64,000 bases of DNA. It comes from Malacoraja senta (taxonomy: Eukaryota). The stretch covers positions 6,884,001 through 6,948,000 of the forward strand of contig CM075996.1 of assembly GCA_038087875.1 (NCBI GenBank), in the 5' to 3' direction. Every line of letters begins with the position of its first letter. Within the stretch, counting starts at the first letter, position 1. Under the pieces are notes generated by a model. The model was given only the letters and a program-made list of their open reading frames with translations, was not told the origin of the DNA and searched no databases. Both the position numbers and the translations under genes were made by a program. Below are positions 34,204 to 45,592 of this stretch, one piece after another.

Positions 34204-34329
34204 CTCACATCAGTCTGAAGAAGTTGTCTCGACCCGAAACGTTGCCTATTTCCATAGTTGCTGCCTCACCCGCTGAGTTTCTCCAGCTTTTTTTGTCCAC
34301 TCCTGTCAATGAATCAGGGCCGTTCACTT

Positions 34330-34620
34330 GATTCGGGCAGCGGCGCCTCGAGCGGCCCCTGGGGTGGGTGGCAACCACTGCGCGTGCGCGTGCGCGCGGC
34401 GGCGGGCGGGGACCACTGCGCGTGCGCGCGGCGGGAGGAGGGGGGAGCGCGAGGCCGCGCCGCCGCCCTTTGAATCACGTTGACGGTTGGGCGCGCGGCC
34501 CCTCCCCCCCGGCGCCGCCATGGACGCTCCCGGCCCATCGTCGCCATCGTCGCCAGCCTCCTCACTGCGCTGCTGGCGGCCGCTCCCGTCCCTCTGGACA
34601 CCGCCTGCCGGCAGGTGAGG
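34330..34620 (+). promoter_or_regulatory. CpG-island-like promoter and candidate first exon inside galectin A intron 1
   Basis: Dense CpG, two NRF1-like tgcgcgtgcgcg, TTTGAA, gccgccATGG, donor CAG|gtgagg near 34615. Confidence 0.55.
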
Positions 34621-34654
34621 CGTCGCCTGGATTTGGCGACCACCCGACGCGCCG

Positions 34655-35762
34655 CCCCCCAGAGCAGACACCCACTCCCCCCCAGAGCAGACACCCACTC
34701 CCCCCCAGACCAGACATCCCCTCCCCCCCAGAGCAGACACCCCCTCCCCCCAGACCAGACACCCCCTCCCCCCCTGACCAGACACCCCCTCCCCCCTGAC
34801 CAGACACCCCCTCCCCCCCAGACCAGACACCCCCTCCCCCCCTGACCAGACACCCCCTCCCCCCCTGACCAGACACCCACTCCCCCCCAGAGCAGACACC
34901 CACTCCCCCCCAGAGCAGACACCCACTCCCCCCCAGACCAGACATCCCCTCCCCCCCAGAGCAGACACCCCCTCCCCCCAGACCAGACACCCCCTCCCCC
35001 CCTGACCAGACACCCCCTCCCCCCCTGACCAGACACCCCCTCCCCCCCAGACCAGACACCCCCTCCCCCCCTGACCAGACACCCCCTCCCCCCCAGAGCA
35101 GACACCCACTCCCCCCCAGAGCAGACACCCACTCCCCCCAGAGCAGACACCCCCTCCCCCCCAGAGCAGACACCCCCTCCCCCCCAGAGCAGACACCCAC
35201 TCCCCCCCAGAGCAGACACCCACTCCCCCCCAGAGCAGACACCCTCTCCCCCCCAGAGCAGACACCCACTCCCCCCCAGAGCAGACACCCACTCCCCCCC
35301 TGACCAGATACCACCTCCCCCACTGACCAGATACCCCCCCCCCCAGAGCAGACACCCCCTCCCCCCCAGAGCAGACACCCCCTCCCCCCCAGAGCAGACA
35401 CCCCCTCCCCCCCAGAGCAGACACCCTCTCCCCCCCAGAGCAGACACCCTCTCCCCCCCAGAGCAGACACCCACTCCCCCCCTGACCAGATACCCCCTCC
35501 CCCCCAGAGCAGACACCACCTCCCCCCAGACCAGACACCCCCTAGACTAGACACCGCCCCTGACCAGACACTCCCTCCCCCACAGACCAGACACCCCCTC
35601 CCCCTCAGACCAGACACCCCCTCCCCCTCAGACCAGACACCCCCTAGACTAGACACCGCCCCTGACCAGACACCCCCTCCCAGACACCCCCTCCCCCACA
35701 GATCAGACACCCACTCCCCCAGACTAGACACCCCCCTCCCCCCAGACCAGAGCCCCCAGACA
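34655..35762. repeat. C-rich minisatellite, unit about 22 nt (cccccccagagcagacacccact)
   Basis: Roughly 50 tandem units; G4-capable on the minus strand. Confidence 0.95.
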
Positions 35763-36065
35763 AGGCACCTCTCCATAATGAACATTAACAAATGCAAACT
35801 GCGCTCGCTCGCAGCTGACTCACAGACATCAAAATGACATTATGAAAATCACAGGTACACAAAAATGCTGGAGAAACTCAGCAGGTTATGAAAATCACAA
35901 CTGTCCAGAAACTGGTCCCTGATGTTTTCAGGCTGGTTAAAGCCAAGAGATGTCAGGCATCTGGAAGCAGCAAGTGAAAAATGAGTGACACGGTTCGATG
36001 CACTGAGACATGTAAGTAAAATGTATTATGAAATATTGAGCGAAGGAGACAAGAATGCTGGAGAA

Positions 36066-36099
36066 ACTCTGATGAAGGGTCTCGACCTGAAACGTCCAT
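36066..36099 (+). ncRNA. Minimal hammerhead motif with canonical CUGAUGA core
   Basis: CTGATGA-a-GGGT(ctcg)ACCT-GAAA-c-GTC; stem I not evident. Confidence 0.55.
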
Positions 36100-38857
36100 A
36101 GATGCTGCCTCACCTGCTGAGTTTCTCCAGCATTTTTGTCTACCTATGAAATATTGAGTGTCATAATATTGTGATTCATTGTGACTATTATTATAAATGA
36201 GATCACTTCAATAAAAAACAGGCTGACTGTGTTCATTGTCTGAGTTCGATTGCTGGAAGCAGGCTCATAAACATTAGGTGCAGTTGTGCAGCCTACTTTT
36301 ACAATTTGTTTTCTTAGGTCTACATTTGTGCCTGCTAATGTTCGATTGCAAATGGTTTATTAATGGAAAGGGTGTGGCTCCCAAATCACAACTTTCTTGT
36401 AGCCTACGACTGTAAGTTAATACCAATCATAAAAATAATGCTTGCTTGGCAAGCTTCTTCATAAGAAACAAAATTCGTAAAGTGAAACACTTTGTAGTTA
36501 TAGCAGGGACTGAGACACATGAGAGCAGGTTGAAAAAATGAAGGCAACGAAAGCTGTGGGAGCGTGCGCGTGTCCGTTCGCGTGTGCACAACTAATCCGG
36601 CCCTCATGGAGTCGCATTTTGCCCAATCCAGCCTCCGTGGCCTAAAATGAGTTTGACAGGTTCAGTGATAGTTTCTTCCCAGCTGTTATCAGGCAACTGA
36701 ACCATCTTTATCACAACCAGAGAGCAGTGCTGAACTACTATCCACCTCTTTGATGTCCCTCGGACTATCCTTGACCGGACTTTGCTGGCTTTACCTTTGC
36801 ACCAAACGTTATTCCCTTATCATGTATCTACAATATTCAATAGATTGATTGTAATCATGTATTGCCTTTCCGCTGGCAGGAGCAACTCAGCAGGACAGGC
36901 AGCATCACTGGAGAGAATTAATGGGTGAAGTTTCAGGTCGAGACCCTTCTTCAGTTCTTTAATTATTATCTCACCCAAAACACAAACACTAACTCCCTGT
37001 CAAAGCTCATGAACAATGTCGGGGCAGAATGGTTTGCAGTCGGACTCCGAATACAGATCCGGTTTCTGACTCCGTTTGTCTGGGGTCAGCTCTCTCATCC
37101 CCGGAGGTGGCCTCATGACCCTCTTCTGGACCGCCTCCAACACTGGCACATCTCTCCTTAAATGAAGGGAGGCTATGCCCAGCACTCCGGGTACAGACCG
37201 ACCGACCGACCAACACCCTGTACTGTTGCAACAATATCTCCATATTCCATGTCTCCAGTCCTTGCTGTACCTGCCTGCTGATTGTATTGTAATTGATGCA
37301 CGAGAACAAATAGATCCCTCTCTACTCCACCATTTGATGTTTGTTTACATCTGGATAATAGTCTGTCCAAAAGTACACGTCCCCACACTTTCCCCACATT
37401 GTGAAGCTAATGTTATGTTCATCGCTCAGTTGTTGATTGTCCTGGGCTCACAATGGTTGGAAACTTCTGCACCGATTTTGGGCTGAGCTCATGGCACTGA
37501 TCTCCTGCAGGGAGAGGGTTCCCCTCTGGTCTTACTGAGGGGGGTTTCCTGATATCCTGGCAATATCTACCCTTTATTGATCATCTGGGTGTCACAGTGG
37601 TGCAGCTGGTAGAACTACTGCCTCACAGCACCAGAGACCCGGGTTCAATCCGGACTTCGGTTGCTGTCAGTGTGGAATTTGTACGTTCACAAGTTATAGG
37701 AGTAGAATTAGGCCATTCGGCCCATCGAGTCCACTCCGCCATTCAATCATGGCTGATCTCTGCCTCCTAATCCCATTTTCCTGTCTCCTCCCCATAGCCC
37801 TAGACACCCGTTCTAATCAAGAATTTGTCTATCTCTGCCTTAAAAATATCCACTGACAAATATCCAAAATCATTAACATACAACGTGAAGTGGCGCAGCT
37901 GGTAGAGCTACTTCCACAGAGTGCCAGAGACCCGGGTTCGATCCTGACCACGGGTGCTGTCTGTACGGAGTTTGTACGTTCCCCCGTGACAGCATGGGTT
38001 TTCTGAGAGTGCTCCGGTTTCCTCCCACACTCCAAAGAGGTGCAGGTTTGCAGGTTAATTGACTTTGGTAAAGATTCTAAATTACCCCTAGTCTGCAGGA
38101 TAGTGAGAGTGTACTGGGATCGCTGGTAGGCGCGGACTCGGTAGGCCGAAGGGCCTGTTTCTGCCCTGTTTCTCTAAACTAAAATAAGCTGGAGAAATGG
38201 CTACTTCAGAAAGTGTCACAGGATTTTTAAACATCCAGCTGGGCAGGTGGTTGAGATGTCAACCAGGTAAACAAAGCTTCCTTGAACAGCCAGACAATAT
38301 GTGTAGGAAGGACTCAGCGGGACAGGCAGCATCTCTGGGGAGAAGGAATGGGTGACGTCTCGCTTTGAAGAAGTTCTCTTTCCGACGAAAGTTCAGCAAC
38401 ATCTTCTCTCACTGTTCCCCCTCTGTGATTCCTCCTTCCCTCCGAAGAGGAAGAAGGGTTTTGACCCGAAACATCACCCATTCCTTCTCTACAGAGATGC
38501 CGCCTGTCCCATTGAGTTACTCCAGCATTTCGTACCCACCTTCTATTTAAACCGGCATCTCCAGTTTTTTCCTACATATGTGTCGGAAGGAACTGCAGAT
38601 GCTGGTTTAAGCCGAAGGTAGACACAAATAGCCAGAGTAATTCCGCAAATCAGGCAGCGTCTCTGAAGAGAAGGAATAGGTAACGTTTCGGGTCTGAAGA
38701 AGGGTCTCGACCCAAAACAGCACCTATTCCTTTTCTCCAGAGATGCTATCAGAGGACAGACAATACAATCGAGCCATTTACAGTGTATAGATACATGATG
38801 GGGGAATAACGTTTAGTGCGAGTATAGTCAGATCAAAGATAGTCCGAGGTAGATAAT

Positions 38858-39043
38858 GTACAAAGACGTATAAATACTGAGTCGTTTAGCTTCGTGTATA
38901 AGTTCTTTATTAGCAGGACACATGGAATAAATACACATAACTGTTGTAGATTCAAGCTCCTAGATGAATCTGAAGAACAGCCGAACCAGCACATTAGATG
39001 ACGTAGTAGAAACCCGAACTGTATTACGGATTGGGTGTACAAC
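38858..39043 (-). mobile_element. Candidate Gypsy LTR
   Basis: TGTTGTA..AATAAA..TGTACA on the minus strand, near a Gypsy pol fragment; no TSD seen. Confidence 0.5.
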
Positions 39044-39390
39044 AGTAAAACCAGACATGGATCAAATCTACAATATTCAATAGATTGATTGTAATCATGT
39101 ATTGCCTTTCCGCTGGCTGGTTGGCACGCAACAAAAAAGCTTTTCACTATATCTCGGTACACGTGACAATAAACTAAACTGAAACTGAACTCTGATGCAC
39201 ATCAAGTTCTTTACCACGGATTGCCAGCACTGAGGGAGCTGCTGAGGTAAAACATCTTCTGCAAGTTAAAAGCTTTGGATAAGAAATTTAAAAAATGGGT
39301 TCAAACGAGCTGGCGGATGCTTCAATGAGTCAATAATTCATCACAAGTTACAGCACAGTTGAATGAAGCTGGTGGGAACTCAATACTCAC

Positions 39391-39417
39391 CGTGTCCATG
39401 GTGGTACCTGGATCCAT
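39391..39417 (-). CDS. Galectin copy A start exon (MDPGTTMDT)
   Basis: accATGG context, phase-0 donor gtgagt; paralog of 60292-60318. Confidence 0.7.
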
Positions 39418-39443
39418 CCTTCCTCCACGTTAGAAGAATAATC

Positions 39444-40148
39444 CTCCTTCTTAAGCATAAGCCCGCAAACTAAATAAAAGTATATAAAACTAAAGCTTAC
39501 AAACATCACAATATAAAGATGTAAACATTAACTAAAACTACAGCTAAGCAGTGGAGGATACAAAATGAGCAAGATGAATGAAAGGAAACAATGAAGACCT
39601 TAATCAATTAAAGTCTGTGATAAGTGTCTAAACACAGTCTTTATATTTGGGGTTGGTCTTACAAACCCGTCCCGCATGCGTACAGTACGGGCCCTCTGCC
39701 GTACTCTTTGCAGGTGACAGCACTGCAGGTGGTGGTTCAATCAGCACTGGTTTCACAAAGTCTTTTCCACAGGTGACTTTATAGGTGATTTCACCAGCGG
39801 CTCCTTCGCTGGTGTAAAGACCAACTTGGGGTTTTCCAACATCTGCCCCCCATTCAAACCAACGGTCCCTCCAACAGTCCATAACACGCCATCTGGGACA
39901 TCCGTGTAACCATACAAATACTGTTGAAATGGCACCGGCTTGTTCACCGGTAGAATATGTTTTCTATTCGTCTGTAGATTCCTCCTTCTGATTGGACTAA
40001 ATAGGATCGCGGCTCAATAGGACCTCGACTACTTTTACTACGTCCATGCGATCATACCCCTTCTGAGACTGATGGCGGACCGTCTGACCCTCCGACTGGC
40101 TGGATCCGTCGTTTGTGTTGCAGCTGAGCCTGAACTGCTTGTGGCTCG
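39444..40148 (-). mobile_element. Gypsy (K02A2.6-like) pol/integrase C-terminal fragment with polypurine tract
   Basis: GQTVR..KGYDR.., YRRNRKHILPV, CTHAGRVCKTNPKYKD*, then ttaagaaggagga. Confidence 0.7.
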
Positions 40149-40149
40149 T

Positions 40150-40532
40150 AAATGGTGGCCGATTAGGAAAAGGGGAAATGCAATGAGACCTGGGTGTCAT
40201 GGTACACCAGTCATTGAAAGTAGGCATGCAGGTGCAGCAGGCAGTGAAGAAAGCAAATGGTATATTAGCATTCATAGCAAAAGGATTTGAGTATAAGAGC
40301 AGGGAGGTTCTGCTGCAGTTGTACAGGGTCTTGGTGAGACCACACCTGGAGTATTGCGTACAGTTTTGGTCTCCTAATCTGAGGAAAGACATTCTTGCCA
40401 TAGAGGGAGTACAGAGAAGGTTCACCAGACTGATTCCTGGGATGGCAGGACTTTCTTATGAAGAAAGACTGGATAGACTCGGCTTGTACACGCTAGAATT
40501 TAGAAGATTGAGGGGGGATCTTATAGAAACGT
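40150..40532 (+). mobile_element. CR1 LINE ORF2 fragment
   Basis: KKANGILAFI..LYRVLVRPHLEYCVQFWSP..VQRRFTRLIPG. Confidence 0.9.
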
Positions 40533-40544
40533 ACATGCTGACAT

Positions 40545-41303
40545 GCGTCCAATGATTTCACCACTTTCCAAATGTGCTGCTATCCCATCTTTAATAACTG
40601 ACTCTAGCAGTTTCCCCACTACCGATGTTAGACTAACTGGTCTGTAATTCCCCGTTTTCTCTCTCCCTCCCTTCTTAAAAAGTGGGGTTACGTTTGCTAC
40701 CCTCCAATCCTCAGGAACTACTCCAGAATCTAAAGAGTTTTGAAAAATTATCACTAATGCATCCACTATTTCTGGAGCTACTTCCTTAAGTACTCTGGGA
40801 TGCAGCCCATCTGGCCCTGGTGATTTATCGGCCTTTAATCCATTCAATTTACCCAACACCACTTACCGACTAACCTGGATTTCACTCAGTTCCTCCATCT
40901 CCTTTGACCCGCGGCCCCCTGCTATTTCCGGCAGATTATTTATGTCTTCCTTAGTGACAACGGAACCAAAGTAGTTATTCAATTGGTCCGCCATATCCTT
41001 GTTCCCCATGATCAATTCACCTGTTTATGACTGCAAGGGACCTACATTTGTTTTAACTAATCTCTTTCTCTTCACATATCTATAAAAACTTTTGCAGTCA
41101 GTTTTTATGTTCCCTGCCAGTTTCCTTTCATAATCTATTTTCCCTTTCCTAATTAAGCCCTTTGTCCTCCTCTGCTGGTCACTGAATTTCTCCCAGTCCT
41201 CTGGTATGCTGCTTTTTCTGGATAATTTGTACGCATCATCTTTTGCTTTGATACTATCCCTGATTTCCCTTGTTATCCACGGATGCACTACCTTCCCTGA
41301 TTT
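40545..41303 (-). mobile_element. CR1 LINE ORF2 fragment, convergent with the previous one
   Basis: KSPGPDGLHPRVLKE..VPEDWRVANVTPLFKKG..NYRPVSLTSVVGK. Confidence 0.9.
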
Positions 41304-44300
41304 ATGGATCGATTGTAATCGTGTATTGTCTTTCTGCTGACTGGTACACGTGACAATAAACTAAACTAATCTGAAATCAGTTGGTGCTGGGAGTGTGCGT
41401 TGAGACGATGGAGAGAGGGTTTGGCTACCTGTGCCCTGCTGACCCTGCACTGGGATTGTGTGATGAGCAGATCTAGATGACGCCTTACTCTGTCTTTAAC
41501 ATTACTTTTAGTTTGGAGATACAACGCGGAAACAGGCCCTTCGGCCCACCGAGTCCGCGCCGACCAGCGATTCCCGCATATTAACACTATCCTACACGCA
41601 ATTTCTGTCCTAGATCTCGTCCATTGTCAGCGTGAGGCAAAGCGCAAATTGGAGGAACAGCATCCCATATTTCACTTGGGCAGCTTACAGCCCAGATGTA
41701 TGAATATTGATTTCTCTAACTTCAAGTAACCCCGGCATTCCCTCTCTCTATCCCTCCCCCACCCAAGTCACACCAGCTTCTCGTTTTCACCCAACAAACA
41801 GCTAACAATGGCCTGTTTCCTTTATCATCATTACTTTTTTGCATATCTTTCATTCATTATCTTTCTGCATCATCATCCATATCTCTCGTTTCCCTTATCA
41901 CTAACTAGTCTAAAGAAGGGTCTCGACCCAAAACGATACCCTTTCCTTCTCTCCAGAGATGCTGCCTGACTTGCTGAGGTACTCCAGCTTTTTGTGTCTA
42001 TCTTCAGGTTTGTAGGTTAATTGGCTTCGGTAAAATTGTAAATTGTCCCAAGTGTTTGCAGTATAGTGTTAGTGTGTGTAGGATTGTGTTAGTGTGCAGG
42101 GATCGCGGTTCGGCACGGACTCGGTGGCCTAAAGGCTTGTTTCCATGCTGTACCTCTAAACTAAACTAAACTCCGCAGGTCAGGCAGCATCTCTGGTGGA
42201 AATGGATAGGTGACATTTCGGGTTGGGACCCTTCTTCAGAATGAAGTGTCCTGATCCGAAATGTCAGCCATCCATTTCCTCCAGAGACGCTGAGTTACTC
42301 CAGCATTTTGTGTCTATCTTGGGTATAAACCAACGTCCGTAGTTCCGTGTTAAGACATGTTTGTACAGGACCCGTATTCAGCTCAACAATCTTGCAGTAA
42401 AGGCTAACATCCCATTTTCCCCGGTAAACATTCAATGATTCAATGATAATTTATTGTCACATGTACCAAGGTACAGTGAAATTCTTTGTTTATGCATACA
42501 ATACACAAAGAGTCGCCATGTTTCTGGCCCGAGCAAAGTAACAGATACACTTAGAGTCATGTTGGTCTCTCTTTGTTTAGTTTTTGAGATACAACGTAGA
42601 AACAGGCCCTTGGGGCCCACCAGGACCGTGCCGACCAACGATCCACGCACACTAACACTATCCTACACACACTAAGGACATATTACCCATACACCAAGCC
42701 AATTAACCTAAATAACTGCATTGGGGTGTAGGAGGAAACCGAAGATCTCGGAGAAAACCCACGTAAGTCACGGGGAGAACGTGCGAACTCTGTACAGACA
42801 ACGCCTATAGTCGGGATCGAACCCAGATCCCTGGCGCTGCAAGCACAGTAAGGCAGCAACTCTACAGCTGCACCACTGTGCTGCCGTTCCTTGTTCTCGG
42901 CGTCTCTTCCCACCCACCCCACTGTCTCTCTTTGTTCCCGGCAGTGCGGCCACCTCCCCTCCCCTCAGTTGGAATGAAAGTGACACACCAAGTTATTAAA
43001 GGAATCAGACAAGACGGATCACAAAGTGAATACATTTTTATTTGCATTACAAGCGTAAAGCGAGTCATTCTTGAGTTTGCCATCTTGGTGTCATTTGATT
43101 TGGAAGATAAGCCCCAGCAATAGCATTGAATAAATGGTCAAACTGGAAGAAGAGGCAGCCTGGGTGCATCAGTGAGGTCCAGAACGACTAGGAATTGGGC
43201 AGATTTGGTCTCTGCTCTCTGCCAGAAACCTCGTGAGAGGGGGGACAAACTGATGTTCTGCATTCTGTGTAGGAGCAACCCCTACTTCATTCCTTAAAAG
43301 GAGAGTTCTGGGTGGAAAAAGTTCCTTGTTCTCAACATTGGGCAGCACAGGTACAATACAGTGAATCTCCCTCTACACTACCCCATCACACACTGGGAAG
43401 GTGCTACACCCCATATCAGGGGCAAGAGATTTTTGTTTTAGATATACAGTGCGGAAACAGGCCCTTCGGCCCACCGGGTCCACGCCGACCAGTGATCCTC
43501 CACACTAACACTATCCTACACGCACTAGGGACATCTTTTTTTTGTAATTTACCCTTTACATCAAGCCAATTAACCTACAAACCTGTACGTCTTTGGAGTG
43601 TGGGGGAAACCGGAGATCTCAGAGAAAACCCACGTGGTCACAGGGAGAACGTACAACTTCGTACATGAGCTGCCCCAACCAGAGACGAAGAGAGAGAGAG
43701 AGAGAGCAAAGTTGTGTTGGTAGCCGCTGTTCCTTGTTGGACAACAGAAGGGAAAACTATAAAGAGGTTAAAGATTGTTCATTAATGTCCAGGAAACAAG
43801 TGAAGTAGAATAGAAAAATAAGGTGAGAGCATCAAATATCTGAGGTCAATATTGTCAGTGTTGGAGGGGTAATCAGTTAGATTTGCAGTCCTGGCTCACT
43901 GGACTGAAAATCTCTTGTGTGGCAATGGGGAGCAATTTTATTATTCCCCCAATTGGGGAAGATTGGTGGGTGGTAATTGGTCGGGCCAAATATAAGATCG
44001 TAAGACAAAAGAGCAGAATTAGGCCATTCAGTCCATTGAGACTGCGCCACGATACGATCATGTCTGATCTATCTCTCCCCCTCAACCCCACTCTCCTGCC
44101 TTCTCCCCGTAAACCCTTGACGCCCGTACTAATCAAGAATCTGTCAATCTCCGCTTAAAAAATACCCAATGACTTGGCCTCCACCGTCGCTTGTGGCAAT
44201 GAATGCCACAGATTCACTACACCACAGCCTAAAGAAATCTCCATCCTAATAGTATGTTCTTTCCCCCGCCCTTCCTCCCCCCTTCCTCCTCACCCTCCCC

Positions 44301-45442
44301 CCGAGGCTGTCCCCTCTAGTTCTAAACTCTCCCACAAGTGGAAACATCCTTTCCACATCCACTCTATCTAGCCCATTCACTATTCGGTAAGTTGCAGTGA
44401 GATTTCCCCCGCCCCCCATCCTTCTATTCCCCAGCGAGTACAGGCCCAGAGCCGTCAAACGGTCCTTATTCGTTAACCCAATCATCCTCGGGATCATTTC
44501 TCTTAAACCACCTCTGGACCCTCTCCAACACCTGGTGGGTTAAATTGCGGGTTAAATGTTTGGAACAGGCACTCCCGGTGAGACTAGCCCGGAAAGTGGA
44601 ATAACAAAGGCAGTGAAAGCCACAGGCCCAGAGAAAAATAGTTTGGGGAGTAAGGCCAGAGTTGAGAGAATAGTAAAGCCAGGAAATGCACCAATGCCTC
44701 TCACTCACTGGAGCGACGCACTGCCTCTAGGTGTGCAGGAAGGAACTGGGCATCTACAGAGGCAGACACAAAAAACTGGAGTAACTCAGCGGGACAGGCA
44801 GCATCTCTGGAGAGAAGGAATGGGTGATGTTTCAGGTCAAGACCCTTCAGTTCTTCATCAAACTTCCTCATGGTTGAAGTTAAATTAAAGTTCTGATCAG
44901 GAAAAAGAAGGTGGTATCGGTCAGGTATAGGAAGGAACTGCAGATTTACACCAAAGTTAGACTCAAAATACTGGAGTAATTCAGAGGGACAGGAAGCATC
45001 TCTGGAGAGAAGGAATGGATGACATTACGGGTGCAAATTGGAGGAACAGCACCTCAATTCAACACCATTCCTTCTCTCCAGAGATCTTGCCTGTCCCTCT
45101 GAATTACTCCAGTATTTTGTGTCTAACTTTGGTGTAAACCAGCATCTGCAGTTCTTTCCTAAACCTGAGCGATACCACCTTCTTCTGTCTGCCTCTGTGG
45201 ATGCTCAGTCTGACCTCTTCCAGTGTAGCAACAGGGCGGTGAAGATGGAAACCGCTCCACACGCAGCCCATGGACAAGCAAAGAGTTCCAATAGTTGACA
45301 CAAAATATTAAGCGAAAAAGCCCTTCATTACATAGCCCCATGTTTACTTTCTTCTGCTTCACCAAACCAAACGCAGGAAATGTTAATCCGTTCCTCTCCC
45401 ACGTTTAAAGACCTAACGTCGTACACATTCCCCAGAGGATCT

Positions 45443-45592
45443 TCAGTTATTCAATTTGATGACCTGCACATCGACATTTCCTTTTACATTTAGGTAGTTT
45501 AACACGTTTTTCTCAGACCGGTTGGGAAATGTCACATGATGACTATCCTGGGAGACGATATGAAATTCCACTCCGTCGAAATGGATGAGAAT
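45443..45592 (-). CDS. Galectin copy B last exon (ILIHFDGVEFHIVSQDSHHVTFPNRSEKNVLNYLNVKGNVDVQVIKLNN*)
   Basis: 150 nt, acceptor tttgatag, FPNR motif, TGA. Confidence 0.9.
   Translation of the reverse strand: MLIHFDGVEFHIVSQDSHHVTFPNRSEKNVLNYLNVKGNVDVQVIKLNN

Larger units (their letters stand above)
27778..39417 (-). pseudogene. Prototype galectin (galectin-1/2-like), copy A, probably disrupted
   Basis: Exons 39391-39417 (MDPGTTMDT), 32244-32323, 29260-29425, 27778-27926; last acceptor reads TG instead of AG, 1-nt deletion in last exon, first coding exon cut upstream by a Gypsy fragment. Confidence 0.75.

Noticed and set aside
34314..35797. Three ~400-aa Gly-rich ORFs
   Set aside because: Stop-free translations of the 22-nt minisatellite in all three frames; same for 57627-58530
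40150..41303. Twin-priming inversion of a single CR1
   Set aside because: Fragments are convergent, with no tail or TSD visible
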